The notes under the pieces were generated by a model. The model was not told the DNA's origin, made no database searches, and saw only the letters and a list, made by a program, of their open reading frames with translations. The position numbers and the translations under genes were made by a program. Positions 49,796-63,001 of a stretch of 64,000 nucleotides of DNA are shown one piece after another (the first letter of the stretch is position 1; each line of letters opens with the position of its first letter). This stretch comes from Felis catus. Lineage: Eukaryota. Location of the stretch: NCBI RefSeq assembly GCF_018350175.1, contig NC_058368.1, forward strand, positions 231,882,001 through 231,946,000, in the 5' to 3' direction.

Positions 49796-50146
49796 ACATG
49801 TATATCTCTACTCTTAACAATTTCTTTATGCGTCTTGTACTGTAAAGAGCTCCACAGCCTAGCAAGTTGTTACTTTTTTCCAATTTTCTGGATTTTTCCT
49901 TCAAGCAAAGTTGGAAGTGAAAATGTACCACAGAACATTTAATTTTGAGTAACTGAGTTTGCTTGTGACTATAACATTCAGGTAAATATTTCATTACTCT
50001 TAGTAAAGGAAATACATACAGACTTTCTGGTTGAGAAAATGGTTAATGGCAACGGTTATTCCGTGTTATACACATGACTAACAAAATTTAGTTATGGTGC
50101 ATGGTTTGGACATTTACAAAAAAAATCTCTCTTATTATTCTCTAAA

Positions 50147-50362
50147 ATTTTTTTTTTTAATGTTTATTTCTTTTTGAAACAGAGAGAGACAGGGCATGAG
50201 CAAGGGAAGGGCAGAGAGAGAGAGGGAGACACAGAACCTGAAGCAGGCTGCAGGCTCTGAGCTGTCAGGACAAAGCCCAATGCGGGGCTCGAACCCACAG
50301 ACCGTGAGATCATGACCAGAGCCGAAGTCAGATGCTTAACCAACTGAGCCACCCAGGCTTCC
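50147..50362 (-). mobile_element. Can-SINE
   Basis: Full body. Confidence 0.93.
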
Positions 50363-50738
50363 TCTTGCTTGTTACTCTAATGACCCAGAGATCTGTTACT
50401 TTGTCAACAATCGTTTTGAATTTTCTAAAGTCCTAGCTAGTTCTAAATCAAGCGTTCCGATTGTTATTTACTTTGAGACTGAAGCATTGCCAATCTTTCT
50501 GGTGGTTATGGACTGGGGGGGGGGGGGGTAGAGGCCACACTGTCCTCTCCCTCTTTCCCTCCCTCAGTGATATAGAAACCTTGGGAGGGTAGCTGTGCAC
50601 ATGGAGCCTGAGGAAATCTGTTCTGTCTCTGTGCATCTTCCCCTGGCTAGACTTTAGATTTCCCTCCAGGTGTCCAGCCGGGCATTTCTCCAGGGAAAGC
50701 CACAAATGCAGTCGTGAAGGAATCGAGGAATAATCCCA

Positions 50739-50962
50739 GGGGCCCCTGGGTGGCTCAGTCGGTTAAACAGCCAACTTTGCAGGTCATGATCTTGGGGTTT
50801 GTGGGTTCGAGCCCCGTGTCGGGCTCTGTGCTGACAGCTCGGAGCCTGGAGCCTGGCTTAGGATTCTGTGTCTCCCTCTCTCTCTGCCCCTCCCTGACTC
50901 GCACTCTGTCTCTCTGTCTCTCTCTCTCAGAAAAATAAAATAAACAACAACAACAACAAAAA
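50739..50962 (+). mobile_element. Can-SINE with (CAA)n tail
   Basis: Full body; diverged TSD aat(a/c)atcccag. Confidence 0.93.
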
Positions 50963-51200
50963 GAAATCATCCCAGCTGTTTTTCCATCCCATAACTGGTT
51001 CGTCCTCAAGCACCCACATCAACTTTCATGTAGATTTAGGGGTGTGATGGGTGGATGTGATGGAATTGGGTGAAAGTAGGTAGAGTAACCCCACATCTGT
51101 GTCATAGAAACCTATTTATATGCATGAAAATTCACAGGTAGCACGTACTTCCAAAGGTTACCGGGAATCATTTACATCCACCACTGAGAAATCACTATTC

Positions 51201-51202
<2 letters not shown>

Positions 51203-51231
<29 letters not shown>

Positions 51232-51440
51232 TCAACGTTTTTATTTATTTTTGGGACAGAGAGAGAGACAGAGCATGAATGGGGTAGGGGCAGAGAGAGA
51301 GGGAGACACAGAATCGGAAACAGGCTCCAGGCTCCGAGCCATCCGCCCAGAGCCTGACATGGGGCTCGAACTCACGGACCGCGAGATCGTGACCTGAGCT
51401 GAAGTCGGATGCTTAACCGACTGCGCCACCCAGGCGCCCC
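51203..51440 (-). mobile_element. Young Can-SINE (SINEC_Fc)
   Basis: Perfect TSD gagaaatcactattctt at 51186-51202 and 51441-51457; long pure tail. Confidence 0.97.
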
Positions 51441-51924
51441 GAGAAATCACTATTCTTATTTTCTTTTTACTTTTTTGTATTTCCCAGAATTTGTTATGGT
51501 ACATATTCCGAAAAATATTGTAATTTATTTAAAGGAGGATTTTAAAAACGCACGAAAGAGTGTTCAGTTTCCGTAGCTAAACTTTTCAGGTTGCCATGGA
51601 AAGCGGGAGAACGTCAGGTAGGAGACCCAACGCTGGATGATGTTTGGCAAAATGATAGTCTTCATCCCAAGAGTGCAAGGGCCAGCCAGCATCCCAAGTC
51701 AGACCTTTCTAATTTGGCCGAATTACTGTCATTTACTGTTATTAAAGCTACAGCAGAAAACAATGTCTGCTCCTTTATTTTAAATAAAATCTAATGACAC
51801 GTTTCACTCCGAGTAATGAAAGACTCCTTCGCTGACCCTCCCTGGGTTTTAAGCAATAGCATGAGTCAGTGGATCGAGGGCCAGCCTGCTGTTTCGAATC
51901 TGGACTCGGTGGTTCCAGGGACGT

Positions 51925-52075
51925 GAGTAACCCTGAACTTCCCGTAGCTGGGAGCAAAAAAGCTTCTTACCTCTCTGCTAACCATAAAATGCGGGTCATA
52001 ATGCTTATTTGCTTACCTAGCTCACTAGGGTGTTGTTAGGATTAGTTGGACTCCGTTAGTAAAAGGGCTTTGAAG
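51925..52075 (+). mobile_element. MIR SINE relic
   Basis: cttcttacctctctg...taaaatgcgggtcataat...agggtgttgttaggatta. Confidence 0.5.
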
Positions 52076-53089
52076 TTTTAGTGCCCTGACTGGTGTTGCT
52101 GCTAATAAACCCTTAAAACCTTCCTCGGCACCGTTCCCCTATTTGTAGCATTTAGTAATTCGGTACAAGGATCCAGCCTCCCGCAGGCACGACGCCAGAC
52201 CCACGCTGTGCCGGTCGGGCTCAGACCTGCCTGGACCTCTCCGCCCACCTTGGCTCCCACCCCCAGGCACGGATCGGCCGCTACCTGCCTTGGCTTGATT
52301 CTGGCTCAGAGGCTGCTGGCTCATATTTACCCAGTTCTGTCAAGGAGGAAAGCCACCCAGGCTCACAGCCCCCCAGTCTGTGCCGGGAAACACGCTTTTC
52401 CCACACGTGACCGCTCTGCTCCTTGTGAAGTTCTGTCAAGTTGCGTGGCCGAATAGAACCTTGGCCTCGCTCAGCCAGCACTCTAAAGCTCCCACCCGTG
52501 GAAGTGGAAAGTGCCCAGAGTCATCCTCCGGGAACGGGCGAATGCTCGTGTGGTCGCAGGACAGTCCGCGCGCCGCGTTTCCCCGTTGGTGGCGTCAGGG
52601 TCCTCTTGTGCATGTGGCTCATGAGATGGAAAGTATGAGACTCGGCGTCTGCGGAGGGGCTGGGTGCGGACCGTCGCCGATGAGGATGCCTTTGCCTGTT
52701 GTCTTTGGTGCTCACTGAGAACAGTGAAACACACCTCTGCACTGTGTCTGCCAAACCTCATTCTCCTTTCTCCTCACATCTGCCCACTTGTGTGATAAAT
52801 CTGAGACACAGCGATCTGAAAACACAGTCTCCCTCTTGGCAGTGACTTTGAAGAGTATTTTAGAAATGCTTGTCGGGGGTGGATGCCAATTTATTTAATG
52901 CTGAGTGGGAAGAGGAGGAATGAGAAGAATCAGCCATCTACCCAGGTGAGACCAATCCCAGATCATTAACTCTGAAATATTTATGATAAATATTGAAAAT
53001 AAGCACTTTATCGTAACATAAGAACAGATTGTATTCATTTAATGACTCTTTGGTAATTGGATTTCCTTATCTCTGTCTATAAATACTTT

Positions 53090-54240
53090 CACTTACTTTC
53101 CCAAGCTAGAAATCTCGGAATCATTCTAAATGCCCCCCTTTCTTTCACGTACTTTTCTGATAGTTAGCTGCCAAATTCTGTCTCATAAATACCGCCCCCC
53201 CAACTCCAAATATTCTGGCCATGCTCTTTAAACACATCGATAACCCGAGGCACAATTTTTTCACTGGCCCCATGACTTCTCTTACTGGTTTAATCCCAGT
53301 TTCCAGGTGGTCTCCACTCTGGTAGCCAGGTTCTGTCTGTACACAGCCACTCATCCTGAGCTCTCAGATCTCACTGCTTTCCCATTGCCCTTGAGATAAA
53401 GTAAGAAACAGACTTTTCTTAGGTGCAAGTCCTTTCAACAATGTCAAGGGACGACTGGCCTGGAGAAGCTCAAGAGTTAAGTAAGACTTTAGGGGTCAAG
53501 ACTATTGCAATAGGGGTCAAGAGAGAGATTGAATTCACTTCCGCTCCAACAAAGCAGTAGAAGTGTTTGAAGCGCTGGGGTGAGCTAGCGGGAAAATACT
53601 GCAGGGTGTTGGCGGAGGGGGCTGGTCAGTGGGATTGGGCCATCTGTGTTTGCTAATTGGTGCTTATCAGAGAACGGCTCCCTCCTCCCACAGAGACTAG
53701 GAGACAGGAGCCCTATCTTCCTTGATTACATTTTCAAGGGGTGGCTCCCAGGTCCTTGAGAAAACCCACCCTGGGTTATAAAACTGGCAAGACGCTGGGA
53801 AAAGACTTGTATCTCAAAGTGTCAGAGGAGGAATTCACAATGGTAAGTTTTCTAAAGTAAATGCTCTAAGGAGAGTGCCTGGATAAGGAAGAAATAGGCC
53901 CACAGTGTGGTAAATGCAAGAGGAAAGGTAAAGACTTCTTGATCAATGGCCTGGAGCCACTGTAACTTGTCACTTCATCTTTGACCCTCTAGGGTCCTGG
54001 GCATTGAAGCCACACTGAGCTTCTCACGGAAGCTGTTGCAGGTTCTTGTTCCCACTCCACTGTCTTCAATGCTCTTCTTCACGCTTCCGGAACCTTTCAC
54101 CTTAGCACTTCAGGCAATGACTGGTTCTTCTGCCCAAGGACCCCAAATGGGATAAAGTAATTAAATATCTCCATAGCAGTCAGCTTCATGGATTATAATT
54201 GAGTATATAGAGTATACCTTGGCACGTAATGGGTAGTTGA
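53090..54240 (+). mobile_element. L2 LINE fragment interrupted by an LTR
   Basis: cccaagctagaaatctcggaatcattct...cccattgcccttgagataaag before the LTR; L2-like text resumes after 53945. Confidence 0.5.
53442..53945 (-). mobile_element. MER67-like ERV1 solo LTR
   Basis: TG...CA ends; ggccatctgtgtttgctaattgg, ggctcccaggtccttgagaaa, aagttttctaaagtaaatgctctaag. Confidence 0.8.
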
Positions 54241-54253
54241 AACACCCCACCCC

Positions 54254-54448
54254 TTTTTGAAGTTTATTTATTTATTTTGAGAGAGATTGAGCAGGGGAGG
54301 GGCAGAGAGAGAGGACAGAGAATCTCAAGCAGGCTTTGCGCTGTCAGCACAGAGCCCGACGTGGAGCTCGATCCCATGAACTGGGAGATCATGACCTGGG
54401 CCGAAATCCAGAGTCGGACGCTAAGCCAACTGAGCCACGCGGGTGCCC
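54254..54448 (-). mobile_element. Can-SINE
   Basis: TSD tgaaacacccc. Confidence 0.93.
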
Positions 54449-54619
54449 TGAAACACCCCTTTTTTGATGAGTAAATTTCTCCCACCTGTTTCAAGATTGA
54501 TACTTGGAGACTTTTGGGAAAATTATCAGATTTTAGCCCCTGGGAAAGGCCTTGTATTTTATATAAGATTCTGATTTTAACCCCCAAATCAAAGAAATTC
54601 ACCAATAAGCAGAAAGTTT

Positions 54620-54720
54620 CATGGGAATCACCTGGCAACTTGTGAAACCCGAGACTCTGAAGCCCCAACCTGGGGATTCTCATTCAGCGGGTCCAGAGGG
54701 ACCCGGGACCCTTTGATGTT
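54620..54720. mobile_element. MER5A-like fragment
   Basis: gaatcacctggcaacttgtgaaa...gattctcattcagcgggtcca. Confidence 0.55.
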
Positions 54721-55633
54721 TCTTGGACATTTTGACGTTTCCATAGCGATTCGGATGGGGAGCCAGAAGGCAGAACCAAATGACCTCAGGTCATAAAGCT
54801 TTAGAGATGGTGGGCCTGGTAGTCCTGAGACTAAGAATGCAATGACAGTTTTTTGGAGAATATTAGGAAATGTGCAGTGTGGACCCCCCTGCCCCCCAGA
54901 CTGTTGTACGCAGACAAGACACAGCAAACCTCTGGTCACGGGTGACTGCAGAACAACGGGTAGGACTTGCCAGCAGCATCCGTTTGAAATGAGGCCTGAG
55001 TGCATTAGTCCGGACGATCTTGTTTCAGGGCTAAAATGACCACACACAAGCAATCATTCATGGGGGCTTACAGCACTGCCCTGTATTTTCTCCTGATTTC
55101 CACCGGACTGAGGCTGCTGGTGGCCCGATGCCATTGAGTTCTTGGGTCCAACTCCCCCAGTGGAAGCTTGGGAGGTTCAAATGGTTTGGAGAGCCCCATT
55201 TAAACTCCAAATTGACTATGGAATAAAGCAAGGGAAAGAACAATCCTAGGGTTTGTTTTTTTTTTTTTTTGAGGGGGGCAGAACCTATTGAATGCTAGAC
55301 TTTTAAGCATATTAAAGTTATTAAAATGATTTCAAAAGTGATTGAAAAGGCGTTCATGCATGTAGCAAACAATGCAAACAGTAGAAAAGTATAAATGATA
55401 ATCCCTCTGCTGAGGCAAGCACGATGAACTGGGTCTTCTGTTCCTTTCCAGAGATTTTCGGAGCAGTTGGGAATATACTCTTTAGAAGAGAGGGGGGCTT
55501 AGACACTGTTCGGGCCCCTGCCTCTTTTCATGTAACTCTTGATCTCCGAGAGAGTTTAAGGGTAGCATGTGGGTTTACCCTATACTTTCCAATGCTTCCA
55601 TTTTGAAAGTTATACCACTGCGTGGATCCAGGC

Positions 55634-55849
55634 TAGCGACTCAACCAGGGGCAGTCTTGCTTCCCAGGGGACATTTGACCGTGTCTAAAGACATTTTTGT
55701 TTTCACAGGTTGGGGGGCAGTGCTGGGTGTCACAGGCTCTCAGACTTGGGCCAGCGACTCCGCTAATCACCCTGCGGTGCCCAGGCAGCCCCCACAACAG
55801 AAGATTAGCGGGCCCCAAAGGTCGGTGCTGCCAGTGTTGATAAAACCTG
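55634..55849 (+). mobile_element. MER20 hAT-Charlie DNA transposon
   Basis: ctcaaccaggggcagtcttgcttcccaggggacatttg...gacatttttg...gcccccacaacagaagatta...gttgataaaacctg. Confidence 0.85.
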
Positions 55850-56878
55850 CCGTAGCATCGCTAATCAACCAGTAACAACAACATAAAACAAAGTCACAGG
55901 ATGCACTCAGTGCAAACTCGTTCTGGGGAGAGGGGAGGGGAGTGAGGGCACCGCTTTTCCAAACCCAGCTGTGTGGGGACCGTGTCTCAGTGCGGGTTTG
56001 ATGGTTACATCTGTTGGTTTGGAATGACCTTGGCGGTCTCAGCATCTACTACCTGCGCATTAAGTATATGTTGCCATTTCCTGTGGCGCAGCTCCGGTGA
56101 AGGAGGGCAAGACGCTTTGGGACAGAGGAGGGCCGCACTGGCAGCTGAGGCCTTGGTGGCTCAGAGCACCTGCTGAACGTATAATTTTGAAGGCAAAATG
56201 AGAGTATCCGTTTTTAGCCCCAGAGTTTTTCTTTTTTTTTTTTTTTTTTTTTATGGTTTGGATTCTGGTGGCTTTATTTTTATAGCAGCTCTACTGTGTT
56301 TACTTCATGCCCAGGATAAACGATCTTTCTTTACAGAATGATTGCAATGGGCTAAATTTAGAAAAAACAAAACAAAACAAAACCCAGCCTAACTTGCTAG
56401 GAAAGTCATGCTTTATTATTAATCATATTGTCCTGCCCTCTTGCCCTTTCCCCAAGGGGCTGTTGACAACCTTTACTATTTAGGCAATAACGTAAGTTTA
56501 TGTGTGGTTTTGTTTTCTTCTGTATCTAAATAAAGCAAATCTTTCCAAAGCAGTATATCCTCAAATCTCCCTCTTTCCTTTGGTTGTTTCAATGAGCTTT
56601 TAATGTTGGTTTTATCAGAAGCCTTGCTTCGTCTTTGAGATCCTTTCTCTGCTTTTTTTTCAGGCCACATCTTTCCCGGATAAGACTGTCTTGTTTAAAA
56701 TAAATTAGGAGAGTTCCCCACAATAGGAGTCTTTGTGAGAGCTCAGATGTAAGGTGCATCCTTGTTGTTACTCGGACAGTTTACCGTACATTAGTTGTGA
56801 GGCTTGGGGCACAGATGCTCCCAGCACTAGAGTAGGGGAATGTCAGGCAGGTGAAGCTGGTCACAGCAGCTTCTAGTC

Positions 56879-56927
56879 TTTTTTTTTTTTTTTTTTTAAT
56901 ATATTTAGCTTTAATGTTGATTTATTT

Positions 56928-56974
<47 letters not shown>

Positions 56975-57139
56975 TGAGCAGGGGAAGGGCAGAGAGAGAG
57001 GGAGACACAGAATCTGAAGCAGGCTCCAGGCTCCAAGCTGTCAGTACAGAGCCTGATGTGGGGCTTGAACTCACGAGCGGTGAGATCATGACCTGAGCCA
57101 AAATCAGACCCTTAACCAACTGAGCCACCCAGGCGCCCC
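56879..57139 (-). mobile_element. Can-SINE
   Basis: TSD agcagc(t/c)tctagtcttt. Confidence 0.95.
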
Positions 57140-58109
57140 AGCAGCCTCTAGTCTTTAAGCCGAGATTATATGTAGCAATGCAACCATCATAACAATGGGA
57201 ATCTGTAAAGGAATGATAAAAACATTTGTGTGTGTGTGATTTTAAATGGTGTTGTAGTCCCAGTATGTTGTGTTGTTTTGTTTTGTTTTGTTTTGTTTTG
57301 TTTTTGGTCTTTGGTTTCCTGGTTAGTCTAATTTGGAGATCATAGGATGGAAGGGAAGTCACTTTCTAGCACATAGAGTGGCAGATGCCAAGCATTTGAG
57401 TATCACATGCAGGTGTGTATGTGTGTGTGCATGTAAGCACACTCAGCTATTGGGACTGCACTTATCTTTTCGTAAATTGAAAAAAAAGGCAGTCCATGAA
57501 AGTCTGCACCACCACGGTATCCCCCACGTATAGTCATGCAGTTAAGTGTCTGTAACTAACACCACTTTGTACAGGTGTATCTTTCAAGGCAGGGCGGTAG
57601 CAGGGTGGGATAGAATGATATTGTGGTGGCGTTTCTGAGCTGGTATTGATGATCTGCCGTTGACTCTACTGTGAAAACCAGGTGATTATGGATGTTTACT
57701 TGGAAGAGCGTTATTCTCCGTGCCTTTGTACTGTTGGGTCCACCATTAGCTGGCAGCTAAGAATTGCTTTTTCAATTTCCAATTACAGATCTCGCTTTAC
57801 TGGGGCGCTTCGTCGTAACGGGGCTAAGCTGAGGTTTTCATGCGGCCGAGTGCAACTGTTGTAGGTGATCCCATTCTGTGTCTGCTAAGCCGGCCCGGGG
57901 TCCTTACCTTTGCTTTGTCTAAGTGATAACCTTTGTTTCTTCCATGCCTCTGGGACACTCTGGAATACTGAATGAGCATTCTCTGTATGAGCCTTAAGGA
58001 GAATGGTAGTTTGAAATAACATTTAGGATTTGGCCTTCCCATCATTAATTGAGCTCTTCCTGATTCGCCCAAATAGTTCCATAACCTGATTCTCCCATCC
58101 ATGAGGGGT

Positions 58110-58428
58110 TTAATTAATTAATTAATTAATTTGATTAGAGAGAGAGAGAGACAGGGAGCAAGCAGGGGAGGGGCAGAGAGAGACAGAGACAGAGGATCCC
58201 AAGCAGGCTCTGTGCTGACAGCAGATAGCCCAATGCGGGGCTTGAACTCATGAGCCATGAGATTGTGACTTGAGCCAGACTGAGTCACCCAGGCACCCCA
58301 AGAGCCTTAAGCAGGCTCCATGCACACCCTGGAACCCGATGCAGGACTCCATCCCACAACCCTGGGATCATGACCTGAGCTGAAACCAAGAGTCAGACAC
58401 TCAACCAACTGAGCCACCCAAGCACCCC
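58110..58428 (-). mobile_element. Two fused or nested Can-SINEs (58110-58298 and 58300-58428) with (TAAT)n tail
   Basis: Two consecutive heads ending gcacccc. Confidence 0.85.
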
Positions 58429-58442
58429 TCCCTTAAGAGGTG

Positions 58443-58660
58443 TTTTTTTTTTTTTTTCAACGTTTATTTATTTTTGGGACAGAGAGAGACAGAGCATGAA
58501 CGGGGGAGGGGCAGAGAGAGAGGGAGACACAGAATCGGAAACAGGCTCCAGGCTCTGAGCCATCAGCCCAGAGCCTGACGCGGGGCTTGAACTCACAGAC
58601 CGAGAGATCGTGACCTGCCTGAAGTCGGACGCTCAACCGACTGCGCCACCCAGGCGCCCC
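58443..58660 (-). mobile_element. Young Can-SINE (SINEC_Fc)
   Basis: Near-identical to other young copies. Confidence 0.96.
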
Positions 58661-58963
58661 AAGAGTTTTTAAATATCATTTCTGTGCTAGGAAATTTCTA
58701 TGTTAAATGCATGGCATAGATGGGAGATGCCCATGACTAAAGACATAAACATTTTCCTAAATGCTGTTAATAAATGATGTAGTCATCTTTGGGGTGCGAT
58801 CCAAAGAGAAGCCGTAATGCTACTTGTTTAGTAAAGTTCAGGGAAATATAAGACAGCAAATAGAAGGAGTAATTTGTAGCGTACTCTTTATGAGAATAGC
58901 AAAATAGATAGTAGAAAGCAATCAAATTTAAGTCTTAAAGCAATAAATAAGCTAAAATTTTTC

Positions 58964-59197
58964 TTTTCTTTTTTTTTTTTTTTAATTTTTTTTTCAACGT
59001 TTATTTATTTTTGCGACAGAGAGAGACAGAGCATGAACGGGGGAGGGGCAGAGAGAGAGGGAGACACAGAATCGGAAACAGGCTCCAGGCTCTGAGCCAT
59101 CAGCCCAGAGCCCGACGCGGGGCTCGAACTCACGCACCGCGAGATCGTGACCTGGCTGAAGTCGGACACTTAACCGACTGCGCCACCCAGGCGCCCC
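58964..59197 (-). mobile_element. Young Can-SINE (SINEC_Fc)
   Basis: Perfect TSD aagctaaaatttttc at 58949-58963 and 59198-59212. Confidence 0.97.
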
Positions 59198-59277
59198 AAG
59201 CTAAAATTTTTCAAAACATGATTACAAAGGCTTATTGGTTTCTTATCAGTAGAGGAATATAAGGCTTGAATATAGGG

Positions 59278-59598
59278 TGGTTGGTCCTTGAACAGTGTGG
59301 GTTTGAACTGTGAGGGTCCACTTAACGTGCAGACCTTTACACGTCTTTTCCCTTCCTTGTGATTTTCTTAGGAATATTTTCTTTTCTCTAGCTTTCTTTA
59401 ATGTAAGATTAAAGTATCTGATACATGTAACATACAAAATATGTTCATTGTTCATATTATCAGTCAGGCTTCTGGTCAACAGAGGTTATTGGTGGCTAAG
59501 TTTTTGGGAATCGAAAGCTATATATGGATTTTCAGCTGTGCTGTTGGGGGTGGGGCAGGGTTGGCACTCCAGTCCCCGTGTTGTTTAAGGCTTAACTA
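59278..59598 (+). mobile_element. Tigger2a/MER28-like TcMar DNA transposon
   Basis: Terminal inverted repeats gttggtccttgaaca...tgttgtttaaggcttaact; gggtttgaactgtgagggtccactta; ggcttctggtcaacag. Confidence 0.8.
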
Positions 59599-59963
59599 TA
59601 TTTATTTTCATTTGCTTATGTTGTGTACTTTCAGTGACAAAAGCAGAATGAATTTTATGAAACAAAAGAACTCTATCATTTCTAGGAGCCAGAAAATATA
59701 AACTTGGAACATTTGGTTCTGTTTCAAATTGATAAACATGTCAAGATGAGGAAAACATTTCCCCCCTGCCCCCAAAATGGAGATGTGATTGAAAACATTT
59801 TGCTCTGTACACGTAGGAAAATATTCCTACTTGGATGTGTAACATACTATATGGCATGCATTTTTAGAATTTTTGATGGAAGACAGAATTCATTTATGTA
59901 AACATACCAATCATGCTTAAAGTAACTCATAATTACGCTTTTAAAAAATAGTTTGATATGTAT

Positions 59964-60262
59964 TGCTAGGGATTGATTTGTGTCCTCCCCAAATTATACG
60001 TTGAAGCCCTAACTCCTAATGTGATGATATCTGAAGGTGGGGCTTTTGGGAGGTGATGAGGGTAAGATCCCTTCATGATGGGTTAGTGGCTTTGTAAGAA
60101 GAGACACCAGAGAGCAAGAAGGTGGCCTCCTCTGTAAGTCAGGAAGAGCATTCTCACCAGGGACCTTAGTTGATCTTGGAATCCTAGCCTCCTTAACAGT
60201 GAGAAAAAAATTCCTGTTGTTTAAGCCACCCGATCTGTGGTACTTTCTTACGGGGCGCTAAT
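59964..60262 (+). mobile_element. MLT1A-type MaLR solo LTR
   Basis: gttgaagccctaactcctaatgtgatg...aagaagagacaccagagagc...ctgttgtttaagccaccc. Confidence 0.88.
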
Positions 60263-60842
60263 TAACTATTGCCTTTACATAATGCTTCGTGTTTGGGAGT
60301 ATATTTAATCCGTAGGATATGCTGAAATAGGGAGATGTTTGCTTGAATATAAACGGCTTTGTTCTGTGTAAAATACAGATAACTGGATTCGTGGTTTTAT
60401 AACTGTAGTCTTGTGAATTTGTTGATAGTTTTTCTAACCCTGAGCTGCTAACATAACACAATTTACCAATACCTTGCTCCTGCCTGTTCAAACACCCAGA
60501 TGCTTCAGTTAATGCTATTGCTGACATCAAAATCTCGACCTCCTCATACATGTTCTAGGGATGATTTATAGGATGTATCAGAATTTTGAAAATAAGTTTT
60601 GACAGTATTTGATGGGTCACGTTATAATAATTATAGGCCAATTAACGACTGAACTATCCGTGGTTAGTAACTAATGACCAAATGTGGATATTTTGATCTT
60701 AGGCAACTTTCTTCCTCTTATTTGATTAAAGCCTTGCTATCTGGAGAACCACAGAATAGTGAACAGAAAATGCGAATGAGCCATCTGTAATGCTTCATTT
60801 TATATTATAGTTAAAAATAGTCTTACTAAAGTCGGGCATTTA

Positions 60843-60877
60843 ATATATATATGTGTGTGTGTGTGTGTATGTATATA

Positions 60878-60913
<36 letters not shown>

Positions 60914-60922
60914 CACACATAT
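60843..60922. repeat. Compound (TG)n/(TA)n/(CA)n microsatellite
   Basis: Directly visible. Confidence 0.9.
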
Positions 60923-60974
60923 AGTTTATGATATACAAGTTCCATTGAATAAACTATTATATAAGCTTATTAAA

Positions 60975-61185
60975 ATTTTTGTTAATATTTTAATTTTATT
61001 TTTGAGAGAGAAAGGGTGCAAGTCAGGGAGGGGCAGAGAGAGAGGGAGACACAATCTGAAGCAGACTCCAGGCTCCGAGCCGTCAGCACAGAACCCGACG
61101 TGGGGCTCAAACTCACAGACCATGAGATCACGACCTGCCCTGAGCCAAAGTCGGTTGCTTAACCGACTGACCCACCCAGGTGCCT
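60975..61185 (-). mobile_element. Can-SINE
   Basis: Full body; TSD taagcttatt. Confidence 0.92.
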
Positions 61186-61274
61186 CTAAGCTTATTTTAA
61201 ATTAAATTACTTGTGTCATTATATAAACAGCTTGAGTTTTAATGATCTGTATGACTTATCTATTAATATATTAA

Positions 61275-61775
61275 AAGATTACAACAAACTTCGTGACTTA
61301 AGAGAGCACACATTTATTATTATGTCACTGGGTCTGTGGGTATGGGGTCTGGATATGGGTTAGCTGGGTTCTCTGTACTGCTGCAATCAAGGGCAGTTGC
61401 CTGGGGTTGGGGTTTCATCTGAAGGCTTGACTGGGTAAGGATATGCCTCTAGGTTCACTTGGGTTGTTGGCAGAATTCATTTCCTTGTAGTTGCAGGACC
61501 GAGGGCTTTATTTTCTTGCTGGAGGTTTCCTGCACCTCCTTCTCGTGTGGACTTCTCCAGCATGGCTGTTGGCTTTTTCAAAGCCAGCTGGGGAGGAGGA
61601 ATCTCCGGAAGGCGGGTATTGAAACCTTGTATAATATAATTGTGTAATCACTCATATCTTGTCACTTTTGCTGTATTCCATTGATAGAACCAAGTCACAG
61701 GTCCCACTTACCCTTAGGGAGGGGCATCATGCAAGGACATGAACATGTGGAGGCCGGTATCCTGGGGACTACCTT
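61275..61775 (-). mobile_element. MLT1E/F-type MaLR solo LTR
   Basis: tcatctgaaggcttgactggg...gttgttggcagaattcatttccttgtagttg...aagtcacaggtccc. Confidence 0.8.
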
Positions 61776-61842
61776 CCATTCTCTCTGAAACAGGGCCCAT
61801 CAATAGCTTTCTGGGAGACATTTCTAATTAAAAAAAAAAAAT

Positions 61843-62049
61843 ATGGTTTTATTTGTTTTTGAGAAAGGGAGAGGGGAGGAGAGAGAGAAGTACAGGGGAG
61901 GGGCAGAGAGGGCGGGGACAGAGGATCTGAAGCAGGCTCCGCACAGACAGCAGCGAGCCTGACGCGGAGCTTGAACTCATGAACCCTGAGATCACTACCT
62001 GAGCCAAAGTCGGATGGATGCCTAACCGATTGAGCCACCCAGGTGCCCC
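61843..62049 (-). mobile_element. Can-SINE
   Basis: Full body; TSD core catttctaa. Confidence 0.92.
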
Positions 62050-63001
62050 ATTTCTAAGTTTCTAAAGAAAACCATGTAATTATGGGTAGATTTAAAGAAT
62101 AAGATTGGATATTAGAGAGTAGCCTTAGGCTCTGTTTATTGCCACTGGTATTGATAGAAATCTTCGTGGTCCATATTTTATCTTGTGAAAAGAGATCAAA
62201 TCAAGGGCTGAGTTTGCAAAGATTCCCTGAGCCAGTTTTCATCCAACGTAGCTTATCTTCTCTTAAGTGCAGGCAACAGTGGCCTCTGAGGCTGTAAAGG
62301 ACGTCACTGTGGGCACAGATTTGATTGTAAAACGTGTGCGTCTCTGGGACTCCCTGCCCCAGCCTCGCGGGATCTTCCACCTGCCCCTTAGCGGTCATTG
62401 GGTCCCCCAAATATTGGTGCTCGTGGATGCTCTGTGGAGTCGGCTCTGCTCTCTACGGCAGCTCGGGGCCTCCCTCGCATCCTGCAGGTTTGGCTTTGAA
62501 CGGACAGATCTGGCCCTTTTCGGAGACTTTCCTCATCCGTCCCGGAGCTTCAGCTTATGGACTCGTCATACGGGCCCGGGTGAGTGGTTTCATGGGCAGC
62601 CTGACCATAAACTGCCCGAATTTGCTTGCTGACCATGCGTGGACGTGTGCCCGCCACCTGTGGCTCACAAACCGACTTACGATTGATGTGTTCACACAGC
62701 GGGCCAGTTTAAAATTTGAGGCCTGTGCGTCGTTGGCCCCTGCTCGTTGAGTTTCAGGCAGTTACCTCAGGCTTAGACTTTCTGTATTCTTCTGAAATTT
62801 TGAGAACGACCGCAAAAGCGGTCAGATCAATTTTTAAGAGGTAGCAGACTTGAAGATTTAGGACAAAAGTACCATCACTAGGGGAAAGCAAGGGGACCTG
62901 TCTGCCAATAGGTCTTTGGATCCTTACATTTAGCAAAACGTTCTCGAATAAAGAGGGGACATGCTGAGTTTTACTTTATTTATTTTTTTAAAGTTTATTT
63001 A

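Noticed and set aside
57789..57864. Possible exon after ttccaattacag
   Set aside because: Weak donor and stops in all frames; no supporting context.
62267..62750. Overlapping 121 and 138 aa ORFs in GC-richer DNA
   Set aside because: No recognisable homology; length expected by chance at this GC content.
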